Positions 30,073 through 38,865 of a DNA stretch of 64,000 nt are shown here, one piece after another. The translations under genes and the position numbers were made by a program. A model generated the notes under the pieces. The model ran no database searches, was not told the origin of the DNA, and saw nothing but the letters and a program-made list of their open reading frames with translations. How positions within the stretch are numbered: the stretch's first letter is position 1; every line of letters starts with the position of its first letter. The DNA is from a virus (lineage: Duplodnaviria; Caudoviricetes): IMG/VR virus record IMGVR_UViG_3300026442_000101. One strand, given 5' to 3'.

Positions 30073-31877
30073 AAAAAAAGTTCTACCGCATTCACATTGA
30101 CGAGGTGCGGGTGACTCGATACTTCTTCGCCGGACAGAGGCATGCCGCAATTACGGCACTTGACCTTCGGCACGCATGGAGTGGCGATGGTCATGTCAGC
30201 GATGAACTTCTCGAGCGCTACGAACACAGCGTCGGTCATGTCGACATCGAGCGCGATCGATTCCAGGATCTCGTCGATCTCGTTGTCAGCTTTAAGCTGA
30301 GCTTCAGGATCGGAGTTGTCGAGCCGCTGGTGCAGGATCTGCGGCTCAGGGTCGTTGTCGATATCGAGTTCCAGGATCGCATCGATCCAGTGACCGTAAG
30401 CCATGATCAGGGCGATACGAGACGCCATGGTCATGTAAGCTTCACGTTCCTGCTCGGTAGCGTTGGACGCCGATACTTCACGGGCCTTGCGGTCCATCTT
30501 CGAAAGCCAAGCTTCGGCAATACGCTCGTACTGGGCGAACGTAGGCAGGCGCAGGCGCAGGAAGAGGTTGTCCTTCAGCGGAACCAGTCGAGTGACTTCA
30601 GGACGCATCTGCTCTTGGTAGAGCCTGATCTGACTGGAGTCGACAACGCCGGTGCGGCGAACCATGACGTTGAAGTGCGCATCGGTCAAACGACTACGGC
30701 GTACGAACTGCATGCGGCGCAGGTTGATCTTGCGTTCTTCTACGTGACCGCAGCCACCGTGGGAAGTCAGGCAAGGACGTTCGAGCAGATAACCGTTTGG
30801 ATGCATGGCAGCAGCGACAGCCAGAGCCAGCGGCTCCACGTCGGTGATCACCAGCAGTTCCTTGAGCTGCTGAATGTCGGTAGTGCCCGGAGTACCCTCA
30901 ACCACCTGGTTGAATGCGAACTCTACGACAGAGCGGTTCAAATACAGCGCAGGAGCGCCGTAGACATAACCGCTGGACTCACGCCCATACTCGACCTTTT
31001 CGGACGCGATACGTTGATCCAGGGCCAGCTGAGCCAATGCCCCAGGACCTTCGATGACCAAGTGGAAGCCAGAACCCCAGAACGGCCAGGAGACTCGAGT
31101 GGCAAGGCCGAGACGAGACTTGACGCGAGCGACTGGGTCCTTGGTCTTACCGGCAGCATTACCTGGAGCGATGGCGATGTCGCCGCGCTTAGGTACGTTG
31201 GTCCATTCATCACCATCCTCGAGCAGCTGGTCATTACCAGCGGTGCGCAGCGAGGCACGGTATTCGGCAACGGTGGTCAGAGCGATACGCTCCTGACTGG
31301 TAACGAACAGAGTACCACCTTCCATTTCCATGGCGTAGTAGTTCTGAGCCTTACCTTTGGAAGCGAGTTCTCGGCGCTCTTTCTGCTTGGACAGCACTGC
31401 GAACTGTACAGCCTGAGTGATCGTGTCGAGTTCGGCGTTGTCGAAGTTCGAGAGGACTACAGAACCTTCACGAGCCAACTGCTTGATCGTCTCTTCACCG
31501 ACTTCTTCGAGGACGGGGACTGCTTCCTCGACGTTTGGGTTTGGACGAAAGGTACCGGCGAACGGAGGCTCCGGGGCAGGTTCTGGAGCTTCTTGCTCTT
31601 CAGCGCCGATCGGCTGTTCGAGGGTGCTTTCCAGAGTCGACTCTGGAGCAGCGCCGAACGCTTCTGGCGAATGCACTGGTACTTCGAGCGGATGCTCGTT
31701 ACCGGTAGGTTCCATTGGCGTAGGAACGTCCGGTAGGTTCTCGAAGTCAACGTTCTCTGCGACTTCAGGAACATCGTGCACCAGAGCCTGGGTTGCATCA
31801 GCGCTGTCGAGATCGGCAGGCCGAACGCTTGGATCGAGTGGTGCTGGGGATTCGCCCGGCAGATCGTTATCTTGCAC
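30033..31877 (-). CDS. Conserved chimallivirus protein, possible tail/baseplate assembly chaperone with CxxC motifs
   Basis: Start reset to GTG 31877 (GAGG RBS after upstream stop); P/E-rich N-tail; CLTSHGGCGH and KCRNCG; ends VELFFTLL over a T8 run. Confidence 0.6.
   Translation of the reverse strand: MQDNDLPGESPAPLDPSVRPADLDSADATQALVHDVPEVAENVDFENLPDVPTPMEPTGNEHPLEVPVHSPEAFGAAPESTLESTLEQPIGAEEQEAPEPAPEPPFAGTFRPNPNVEEAVPVLEEVGEETIKQLAREGSVVLSNFDNAELDTITQAVQFAVLSKQKERRELASKGKAQNYYAMEMEGGTLFVTSQERIALTTVAEYRASLRTAGNDQLLEDGDEWTNVPKRGDIAIAPGNAAGKTKDPVARVKSRLGLATRVSWPFWGSGFHLVIEGPGALAQLALDQRIASEKVEYGRESSGYVYGAPALYLNRSVVEFAFNQVVEGTPGTTDIQQLKELLVITDVEPLALAVAAAMHPNGYLLERPCLTSHGGCGHVEERKINLRRMQFVRRSRLTDAHFNVMVRRTGVVDSSQIRLYQEQMRPEVTRLVPLKDNLFLRLRLPTFAQYERIAEAWLSKMDRKAREVSASNATEQEREAYMTMASRIALIMAYGHWIDAILELDIDNDPEPQILHQRLDNSDPEAQLKADNEIDEILESIALDVDMTDAVFVALEKFIADMTIATPCVPKVKCRNCGMPLSGEEVSSHPHLVNVNAVELFFTLLRHRIQRLSA
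30072..30080 (-). other. Candidate -1 slippery site C-TTT-TTT-TT (T_TTT_TTT)
   Basis: A8 at 30072-30079 on plus strand; 0-frame codons GAA CTT TTT TTT ACC. Confidence 0.55.
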
Positions 31878-31878
31878 G

Positions 31879-32334
31879 TTAGGCCTCGACTTCTTTGGAT
31901 TCTGGGGACACCAAGTCAGCGTAGTCGTCAATCGACTTCACCACGGTGTCGGTTGCGCGCTGACTCAGTGCCAGATACTGGCTACCGGTCAGCATGACCT
32001 GGGTATAATGGTCGGCGAGATGTTTCTTCTTCGCTGGCCGACTCTGGAGTAGACGATCGCATTTCTGATCGAGTTTCGCTTTCTCTTTGATCAGTTCGTC
32101 TACATCACGGGCGATGCCTTTGGTAAGTACGCCAATCTTCTTCGCGTCATCAAGACGCCCCTCGCCAATAATCTTGGCGAGCGAGTTGGGGAGTTCGAGC
32201 ACCGGCCCAGATGCCGCTGCGATCGACTTGCCCAGAGTTTCACGATAACCTCGAACTTCTTTTTCCAGGTCATCACAATTTCGAGACACCGTAGTGCCGT
32301 TTTCTTTGAACCGCACCGTATCCTGAGACGACAT
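31879..32334 (-). CDS. Hypothetical helical protein
   Basis: Start reset to ATG 32334 (GAGG RBS); 151 aa. Confidence 0.6.
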   Translation of the reverse strand: MSSQDTVRFKENGTTVSRNCDDLEKEVRGYRETLGKSIAAASGPVLELPNSLAKIIGEGRLDDAKKIGVLTKGIARDVDELIKEKAKLDQKCDRLLQSRPAKKKHLADHYTQVMLTGSQYLALSQRATDTVVKSIDDYADLVSPESKEVEA

Positions 32335-32431
32335 GATGATGAGACCTCTTCTAGTATGACGCCATAGCTGACCCATATATAGGGTCAATTACTTAATTAA
32401 TTACTTACTGTTCCACCGGGAGTAAATTCCG

Positions 32432-33322
32432 ATGAACCCGAATCTCCAGGTCAACGAAGACAACATCGTCGAATGGACCATCCGGACGCTCTGCCGTGAT
32501 CGCTGTGCTCCCGAGTTGGAAGAACTGTACGTTCGGATGAACACCGCGCTGCACGTCGCGAACATGAAGGCTCACTACGATGAGCTGGACTTGCTCTGGG
32601 CGCAGCTTAACGACCAGAACATCGATCCACTCGAAATCGTTCCAGCGGTCGATCAGGTACTGCGTGTCTCTGCCGAACGAGCTTTGAACTTCTGCGGCGT
32701 GGAGCTTGACGAGAATATTCCGTTCGAACGTCTGTGTGAAGTGGTCGAAGTGATTGTCAACTTCGATCCTACCGATACCCCGACCATTATCATCGATCAG
32801 CTCGACAGCGCTGAGGACGTTGATGAGGCTTTCTGTAAGGTCATGGAGCACCTTGGCACTTACGAGGAAGACGAGTGGTATCAGTACATCAAGGAGATCA
32901 CTCCTCACTTCACGTCCAACACTCGCAAGGTCTGTAAAAACGCAGCCGACTCTATCGAAGCTCCTCAGTTCGATACGGCGGCCAGCGCTGACCTGCTCAA
33001 GCGCTTGTCTCGCTTGGTGAAGAGCAGCAAGGAATCTCTTGGTGCTGAGGTTGGTTCTGAGAACAAAGGTCTCGGACTTTCCACCGAATCGCTGTACAAC
33101 ACCTACATCGCTCGCATCATCGATTCCCCGGTTGAGAAAGCTGTCGAAGACATCTTCTCCTTGGCCGTCATCTCCAATGAAGCCTACGACGTGGCGATGG
33201 AGTCGGTATCGGTTTGCATCGACGATCTCTTCTACGACATCGATCAGCGCCGCCAGGCCGAACAAGTACGCCTGCGCCTGAAAGACACCTACAAACCGAT
33301 CTTTGGTGACCGCAATGCGTAG
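32432..33322 (+). CDS. Conserved chimallivirus protein (gp79-like)
   Basis: 296-aa acidic ORF overlapping the virion RNAP gene start. Confidence 0.55.
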   Translation: MNPNLQVNEDNIVEWTIRTLCRDRCAPELEELYVRMNTALHVANMKAHYDELDLLWAQLNDQNIDPLEIVPAVDQVLRVSAERALNFCGVELDENIPFERLCEVVEVIVNFDPTDTPTIIIDQLDSAEDVDEAFCKVMEHLGTYEEDEWYQYIKEITPHFTSNTRKVCKNAADSIEAPQFDTAASADLLKRLSRLVKSSKESLGAEVGSENKGLGLSTESLYNTYIARIIDSPVEKAVEDIFSLAVISNEAYDVAMESVSVCIDDLFYDIDQRRQAEQVRLRLKDTYKPIFGDRNA

Positions 33323-34640
33323 GTACGACTACTTCATCAAATCCCTGCAGGCAAAAGCCCACTACTCCAGAGAGTGGGTTCTTCGAGCCATGTCGGTGGT
33401 ACTCGGAGACGTAAAGAATGGCAACTACCAATGGGCGCTTCGCCACACTCAAGACCGCGTTGAGGTCTATGTTAGGACCGATGACGGCTGGGCATGGGAA
33501 GAGCTCGAGGACGTCAAGCCTTACGAGATTCCTTTCATCTATCACGATAGCTGCGGCCCCATCAAAGCCGGGGACGTTGAAAACCTGGCTGAGGATCTAC
33601 CTGATGGTACTTGGGGTGACCTACTCTACAACAGTCGGGTGCTTGTCTACGCAGCTGGTCGGCTGATCCCGTACCGGGTAGGTCCTATCGACTTAGGCAC
33701 CGATGAGAAGTACATCCTCAACAAGATGCAGGACGATCCTGCTGAAGGCGCGGATGATCCGAACACCCTGTACGTCAAGCACTACATGCGCTTTGGTAAA
33801 GCCGTGGGCGACTTGGCAGGTTTCGAGGTGTTTGTTCCATCGGTTACCGAGCGAGCCCTTCAGCCGCCTCCAGATCGCGACGAGCTGCGTAATAAGCTTC
33901 TTGAGGAATACAAGGAGCGGCTAGACGATCCCGTTGCGCAAGCGCGCATTCAGGACGCTCTGGTGGAGTCGTACAAGAACTACATCAAGGGCGATCCATC
34001 GGAAGGCTTCCTCTACAAGAAGAAGTCTCTGAACACGGCGCTGAAGCGGATGTTCCTGATTCACGGTCCTGAGGCAGGTTTCGATGAAGGTGGTCGCGCT
34101 AAGCTGATCGTCAACTCCCTGCAAGAAGGTATCGACATCAAGAACTACCCTCACATGGTGAACTCCCTGCGGGCGGGTTCCTTCTATCGCGGTGCCTTGA
34201 CTGCACTGGCGGGTGAGGACGTGGACTTGATGGGTCGTATCTTCCAGAACGCCAGGATCGAACCAGGCTTCTGCGGTACTCACGATACTTTCGAAGTCAA
34301 GATCGACAAGCGTCGGATTGGCAGGACTATCGTGGTGCCGACCGTTACTTCGGCTGTTGAAAAAGGTGGTATCACCAATTTCACGGCCGTGAAGCTCACC
34401 GAGGAAAACATCGGCGAGTATACGGGTAAGGTCTACGGGATGTTCTCCCCGATGTTCTGCATCACCCCACGAAGCGACTGCTGTGAGGTATGCATGGGCG
34501 ATAAACTCTCCCAATATCCCGACTCTGTGGGTTCGATGGTAGCTGAGATTCCGTCCACGATGATGGCGCGGATGATGGGCTCGGCTCACGCAAAAGAACT
34601 CAAAACTACCCCTCTCGATATCGAGAACTTCCTGAGGTAA
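33315..34640 (+). CDS. Virion RNA polymerase beta'-like subunit (phiKZ gp80-like)
   Basis: RAGSFYRGALTALAGE, SPMFC...CCEVCMG Zn site, MMARMMGSAH trigger-loop-like motif; start reset to ATG 33315. Confidence 0.8.
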   Translation: MRRYDYFIKSLQAKAHYSREWVLRAMSVVLGDVKNGNYQWALRHTQDRVEVYVRTDDGWAWEELEDVKPYEIPFIYHDSCGPIKAGDVENLAEDLPDGTWGDLLYNSRVLVYAAGRLIPYRVGPIDLGTDEKYILNKMQDDPAEGADDPNTLYVKHYMRFGKAVGDLAGFEVFVPSVTERALQPPPDRDELRNKLLEEYKERLDDPVAQARIQDALVESYKNYIKGDPSEGFLYKKKSLNTALKRMFLIHGPEAGFDEGGRAKLIVNSLQEGIDIKNYPHMVNSLRAGSFYRGALTALAGEDVDLMGRIFQNARIEPGFCGTHDTFEVKIDKRRIGRTIVVPTVTSAVEKGGITNFTAVKLTEENIGEYTGKVYGMFSPMFCITPRSDCCEVCMGDKLSQYPDSVGSMVAEIPSTMMARMMGSAHAKELKTTPLDIENFLR

Positions 34641-34646
34641 GACACC

Positions 34647-36014
34647 ATGGGTAAGAAGAATCGCAACAACAATACTCCTGAGGCTCCTGCTGAGGAAGTG
34701 TTGCAAGAAAGCACTGAAGGCGAACAGACCCTTCAGGAAAACGATGTTGCCGATAGCCAGGATGGCGCAGATAACGAAGCGCCGGTGCCCGGTGACGGTG
34801 ACAGCAATGAAGAAGCACCAGCCGATACCATTGCCCCTGATGAGACTGCTCCTGAGCCTGAGCCAGACGTTCTTGAGCCCGGGACAGAAGATGTGCCTGA
34901 TGATTCTCCTACTGAGGGTGAGGAAGTTGCATCTGAAGATCCTCTTGATGAAAGCGAGGATCCGAGCGAGCCTGAGCCGATCGTAGAACCGGAGCCTGAA
35001 GTAGAGCCAGTCGCTCCAAAAGCTGCTAGCGGTAAGACCGCTCTGGAAACTATCCGCGAAGAGCTGTCCGGCAAGCTGCCTCTCGATGCGCTGCAAGCCT
35101 GGGACCTCAAGCAGCTGACCGAATACAAAGAAACCGGTCTGCAGCCAGCGGTGACCAAGCGCGGTAACTGGCCTACCGACCTGCGCCGTGGGCGTGACCT
35201 GCGTGCCTGGGAACCTTCGGTGTTCCTGGACTTCATCGAAGGGACCATCAACGTTCCGAACAGTATGGACGAGGAAGAGATCTACGACGAGATCTATCGT
35301 CGTTACAACATCCCGTCCAACTGGACCATCGAAGCAGCCACGACCTACATCAGCGGCGGCGGTAAGCCTGCGTACACCGCAAACAACGTCCTGGTGCAGG
35401 ATCGCATGCGCGATTCGAAGACGCTCTCCCAGTGGACCTTCCTCGAGATCCGCACCGCCCTCTTGGGTGAGATCGAGTCGAAGTTCAGCAAGGAAGAGCT
35501 CGTCGGCGCCCTGCGTGTCCGCCTGGGTCTGCAAGAAACCTACAGCGCCAAACGGCTGCTGGAAAATCTGAACGAGACGCCTACGGAGGCATCTGTGAAC
35601 AACATCATGTTGAAGTCCAAGCTGGACGAATTCTTGGTAGTGATGACCAAGAACCCGAAACACCTGACCGACCAGACCGCTGGCGTCGCTCAGACCATGC
35701 TGTACCGCGCCATCCGCAGCGTGATGCAGCGTGACTCGCAATCGTTCCATGAAGGCTGGACCATCATCCTGGACTTCATCAACGAGAACTACACCAAGGT
35801 CTTCACCGAAGAGAAGGTGCGTAAGGGCTACAGCCAGATGGGTATCTCCGGCGGCGCTGCTGCGACCTTCGAAGACCTGATGACCCTGCTGGTTCATACC
35901 CGCAAACCTGCCAGCCGCGTGCGCGATGCCAAGCTGTACAACCTGCCGAACATCCTGCGCCACGTCACCAGCGAACAAGAGCGGACCAACGTGATCCACT
36001 TCTACGCTGAGTAA
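34647..36014 (+). CDS. Conserved chimallivirus protein with long acidic N-terminal region
   Basis: 455 aa; ~130-aa E/P/D-rich N-tail; two loosely repeated W..L..Y..G..P units. Confidence 0.65.
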   Translation: MGKKNRNNNTPEAPAEEVLQESTEGEQTLQENDVADSQDGADNEAPVPGDGDSNEEAPADTIAPDETAPEPEPDVLEPGTEDVPDDSPTEGEEVASEDPLDESEDPSEPEPIVEPEPEVEPVAPKAASGKTALETIREELSGKLPLDALQAWDLKQLTEYKETGLQPAVTKRGNWPTDLRRGRDLRAWEPSVFLDFIEGTINVPNSMDEEEIYDEIYRRYNIPSNWTIEAATTYISGGGKPAYTANNVLVQDRMRDSKTLSQWTFLEIRTALLGEIESKFSKEELVGALRVRLGLQETYSAKRLLENLNETPTEASVNNIMLKSKLDEFLVVMTKNPKHLTDQTAGVAQTMLYRAIRSVMQRDSQSFHEGWTIILDFINENYTKVFTEEKVRKGYSQMGISGGAAATFEDLMTLLVHTRKPASRVRDAKLYNLPNILRHVTSEQERTNVIHFYAE

Positions 36015-36017
36015 GGC

Positions 36018-36067
36018 AAAAAAAAGAAGTAGTGGAGACCCGGGCAAACGCCCGGGTCTCTATGCCG
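36018..36067. terminator. Bidirectional terminator
   Basis: Stem GAGACCCGGGC/GCCCGGGTCTC (36035-36060), A8 run at 36018, TATGCCG at 36061. Confidence 0.85.
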
Positions 36068-36430
36068 TCAACGATACTGACGGACGATGATGCCTTCACG
36101 CTTTCTATATTCAGCGTGGACGTGCTCCACAGCAGCGGCGATATCGAAATCGCTGCATGGGTTACGCAGCCCGAAACGGGCGATGGTGTTCTTACGTACT
36201 TCGACCCAGAAGTCTGGTTCGCGCATGGTATCGCGATTGTCCAAGCGCAGGATAGTCTGCTCGAGGTAGTTGTAGATGAACTGCTTCTCTGTACCTGCGG
36301 CAACCGGCCGTGGTCTCAGCCGAGCCTTAGCGGTCTCCGGAGTAATGCTGATATCAGGGGCTCCTTCTTTATATTCGCCCGGAAGTTTTTGATTGTCGAT
36401 GGGCACAGCTGTACTCCTGTTAGTAAACAT
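36068..36430 (-). CDS. Hypothetical protein
   Basis: 120 aa from ATG 36430 (the listed 165-aa version overlaps the helicase). Confidence 0.55.
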   Translation of the reverse strand: MFTNRSTAVPIDNQKLPGEYKEGAPDISITPETAKARLRPRPVAAGTEKQFIYNYLEQTILRLDNRDTMREPDFWVEVRKNTIARFGLRNPCSDFDIAAAVEHVHAEYRKREGIIVRQYR

Positions 36431-36455
36431 AAGGCGGGGATTTCTCCCCGCGCTA

Positions 36456-37973
36456 TTAAAGGCAGAATGGTGCGAACTCACTGAGGTGAGCAAGTACCTT
36501 GCCGCGGAAGAACTCTTCCTTATTCTCATGGTAGCGCACATGCTTGTCGATGTCGATACAGACAAAGTACTGGAAGAGCGGCGTGATTTCAGGCCAGTCC
36601 TTCAGTCGGCGGGTACGTCCAAGAGTCTGTTCATTTGACTGCTGCGAGTCAACCGCAGTGGTCATGAGGTTGTAGCGCAGGTTCTTGATGTCTACTGCCG
36701 TACCTGCGGACAAGACGGTACTGACAATAATGTCAGCGTCGTTCATTACCGACATCTTGTCTTTAGAGACGTAGCGGACCACATTAAGCTGCGGGAACAT
36801 CTTACCCAGCATCTTGGTCAGGAGCGTACACATGTTCACAGTACCGCAGAACACGATAGCTTTCTGACCCTTCTCCATCACGTCAGCAAAGTTGACCTTC
36901 AGGTAGTGGCCGATCATGTTGATGTAAGTCTCAAGCAGGTGCTTGTTCTTACGAGTCATGAGCGACGCTTCGAACGTGTTGTGGTTATACGCACCACCGA
37001 ACCCTTTGTACCTGATCGCCCGAGGGTTCTTCAGGTTGTACTTGATCGCGATGACTCGAATGAATGCGTCGTAGTAGCCCGCATTGAAACGGTCAGCTCG
37101 AGGGTACATCGTCTCGTACATCTTGTTCAGGAACGAGTTCTTCGTGTCCAGCGTTGCCGACAGACTGAGGAACTTGTGAATGTTCATGTGCGAGAACAGC
37201 TTCATGATCTGATGGGGGTACTGGTGACCCTCATCGAGTACGCCGAAGCCGATACCGAGTCGCTCGAAGAAATCGATTGGGGCGATCGGGAAGCCGGAGC
37301 CGTACCCATCCTTCTCGAAGTCTTTGAGATAATCGGAGAACGTGTTGGTCGAGATCAGGTTGATGTTGCCGATGGGATCGCCATCCAACGCCATCTCCAT
37401 GATTGCTCGAAGGGACTTACCGCCGCGGATCTCAAGGATCTCGCCGCGTCTGAACTTGAACGACTCTTCAAGGTCAGGAGTCCACCGGTCGATGAACCCG
37501 CCTTTCATGAAGCAAGCCGTCCTCAAGCCCTGAATGTTGATACAGTGCTTGGTGAGCTCGGTCTTACCCTTACCCGTTTGTAGCGTGACGATCTTGTTGC
37601 TGCCCGGAGATAAGACGTGTTCGATAATAGCCGGCTGCGGGTCGCGCGGCGGCCACAACGAGATCACCTCAAACTTCACACGGTAACGATCATCGATCTC
37701 GATAGGATGCTTTTTGATATCCATCTCATCGACACGAATGCCGTGATAGGACATCATCCTGAAGAAGTCGACTTTCATGTTGATGTGAAAGTGATACTTC
37801 TTTCGGTGGTCGGACGCGGATGCAAACACCCGAGCCTTCACCATCTCCCGGCGACCATCTTCAATCTTGAGCTCGTACTGGACTAAGCCACCACAGAACT
37901 GCTCGATGGCCTTCTTCTGCTTGTCAGACACTTCACTTACAGCGAATGAATGACTATAAACATCAATCCTCAA
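36456..37973 (-). CDS. Superfamily 2 helicase (UvsW-like; phiKZ gp75-like)
   Basis: Walker A LQTGKGKT, LDEGH, SAT, SAGTAVDIKNL, QTLGRTRR; TTG start with GGAGG. Confidence 0.9.
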   Translation of the reverse strand: MRIDVYSHSFAVSEVSDKQKKAIEQFCGGLVQYELKIEDGRREMVKARVFASASDHRKKYHFHINMKVDFFRMMSYHGIRVDEMDIKKHPIEIDDRYRVKFEVISLWPPRDPQPAIIEHVLSPGSNKIVTLQTGKGKTELTKHCINIQGLRTACFMKGGFIDRWTPDLEESFKFRRGEILEIRGGKSLRAIMEMALDGDPIGNINLISTNTFSDYLKDFEKDGYGSGFPIAPIDFFERLGIGFGVLDEGHQYPHQIMKLFSHMNIHKFLSLSATLDTKNSFLNKMYETMYPRADRFNAGYYDAFIRVIAIKYNLKNPRAIRYKGFGGAYNHNTFEASLMTRKNKHLLETYINMIGHYLKVNFADVMEKGQKAIVFCGTVNMCTLLTKMLGKMFPQLNVVRYVSKDKMSVMNDADIIVSTVLSAGTAVDIKNLRYNLMTTAVDSQQSNEQTLGRTRRLKDWPEITPLFQYFVCIDIDKHVRYHENKEEFFRGKVLAHLSEFAPFCL

Positions 37974-37976
37974 GAC

Positions 37977-38801
37977 CTATCCTCCATGCCGACGTGTCGC
38001 ATCCAGCTGCCTGTTGTTCAGATTAATCAGCGCGCTAGTTTTAGTAGGCGCAGACGGTCTGGACGGCTTGCTGGGTTTGAATCGTGGCTTTGGTCTACCT
38101 TCAGGTCCATCTTTAAGCATCCGGCCGCTACGGTACCGATGACGCCATTCGATGGGAACCTCTTTGAAGTTACTGTAAGCCGAGTTCGAGGAATTGAGGC
38201 ACTTCTTCGTGCCGTGGAACTTATCCAGCATCAGCTGCTCCAGACGACGTGCCTGAGCGACTGTACCTGCTGGGAATATTCCGAACTCGATGGAAGAGAG
38301 TCCCGAGTAGTCCTCTTGAAGCTTAACACAGTGATGGATACCGTCGCGTAATTCCCGGAGGTGTGTCTTGGTCCGGTCATAGATGCAAGCGGTACTGCCA
38401 ATGTAGAAGTAACCATTGGTCAGGTTCTTGAGCACGTAGACGCATGACGTGCCATCGAACTTCCTCATGTGCTGAGAGAACAACGGGTGGGATGCGGGAA
38501 TAGACCCACTCTTGAAATCCTGAGCGTTGTTTAGACACTTAGGATCTTCCTTACAGGATAAGAGGATATTGTCTTTTTCTACGTTAACTTCTTTCTCAGT
38601 CCCCTCAAATGTTAACCCGAACTCCAGCTCCTCCGGCGCCTTGTAGGCTTGCTGGAGGCGTAGGTCCGAGTATGTTCCTTTTGCCAAGTTGGACTTAATC
38701 GAGCCAAACTGCACACCTGGGTTAGCAGACGTACCTACGAGAAAGAGTCCAGTTGGTAGGTGTGTTAAGGTATAAACCCAGTGTTTCTTATCGGCAGACA
38801 T
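37977..38801 (-). mobile_element. Free-standing GIY-YIG homing endonuclease with two tandem GIY-YIG domains
   Basis: WVYTLTHLPTGLFLVGTS (degenerate) and CVYVLKNLTNGYFYIGST...DRTKTH...LEQ...CLNS (intact); start reset to ATG 38801. Confidence 0.8.
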
Positions 38802-38864
38802 AAAACAACCCTGTAGACAGCACACTCTCACACTATCGTGAAAGGGCTGTCTACAGGGAGTTTT
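38802..38864 (-). promoter_or_regulatory. Hairpin sequestering endonuclease ribosome-binding site
   Basis: 13-bp perfect stem CCCTGTAGACAGC (38809-38821)/GCTGTCTACAGGG (38846-38858), extended by AAAAC/GTTTT up to the ATG. Confidence 0.65.
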
Positions 38865-38865
38865 G

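Noticed and set aside
29572-30150. Listed ATG 30150 start for the 192-aa ORF
   Set aside because: Lies ~120 nt inside the upstream gene with no RBS; frameshift access or a weak internal start is more plausible
37977-38864. Group I intron hosting the GIY-YIG endonuclease
   Set aside because: Both flanking genes look complete with own start and stop, and the gaps are too short for an intron core
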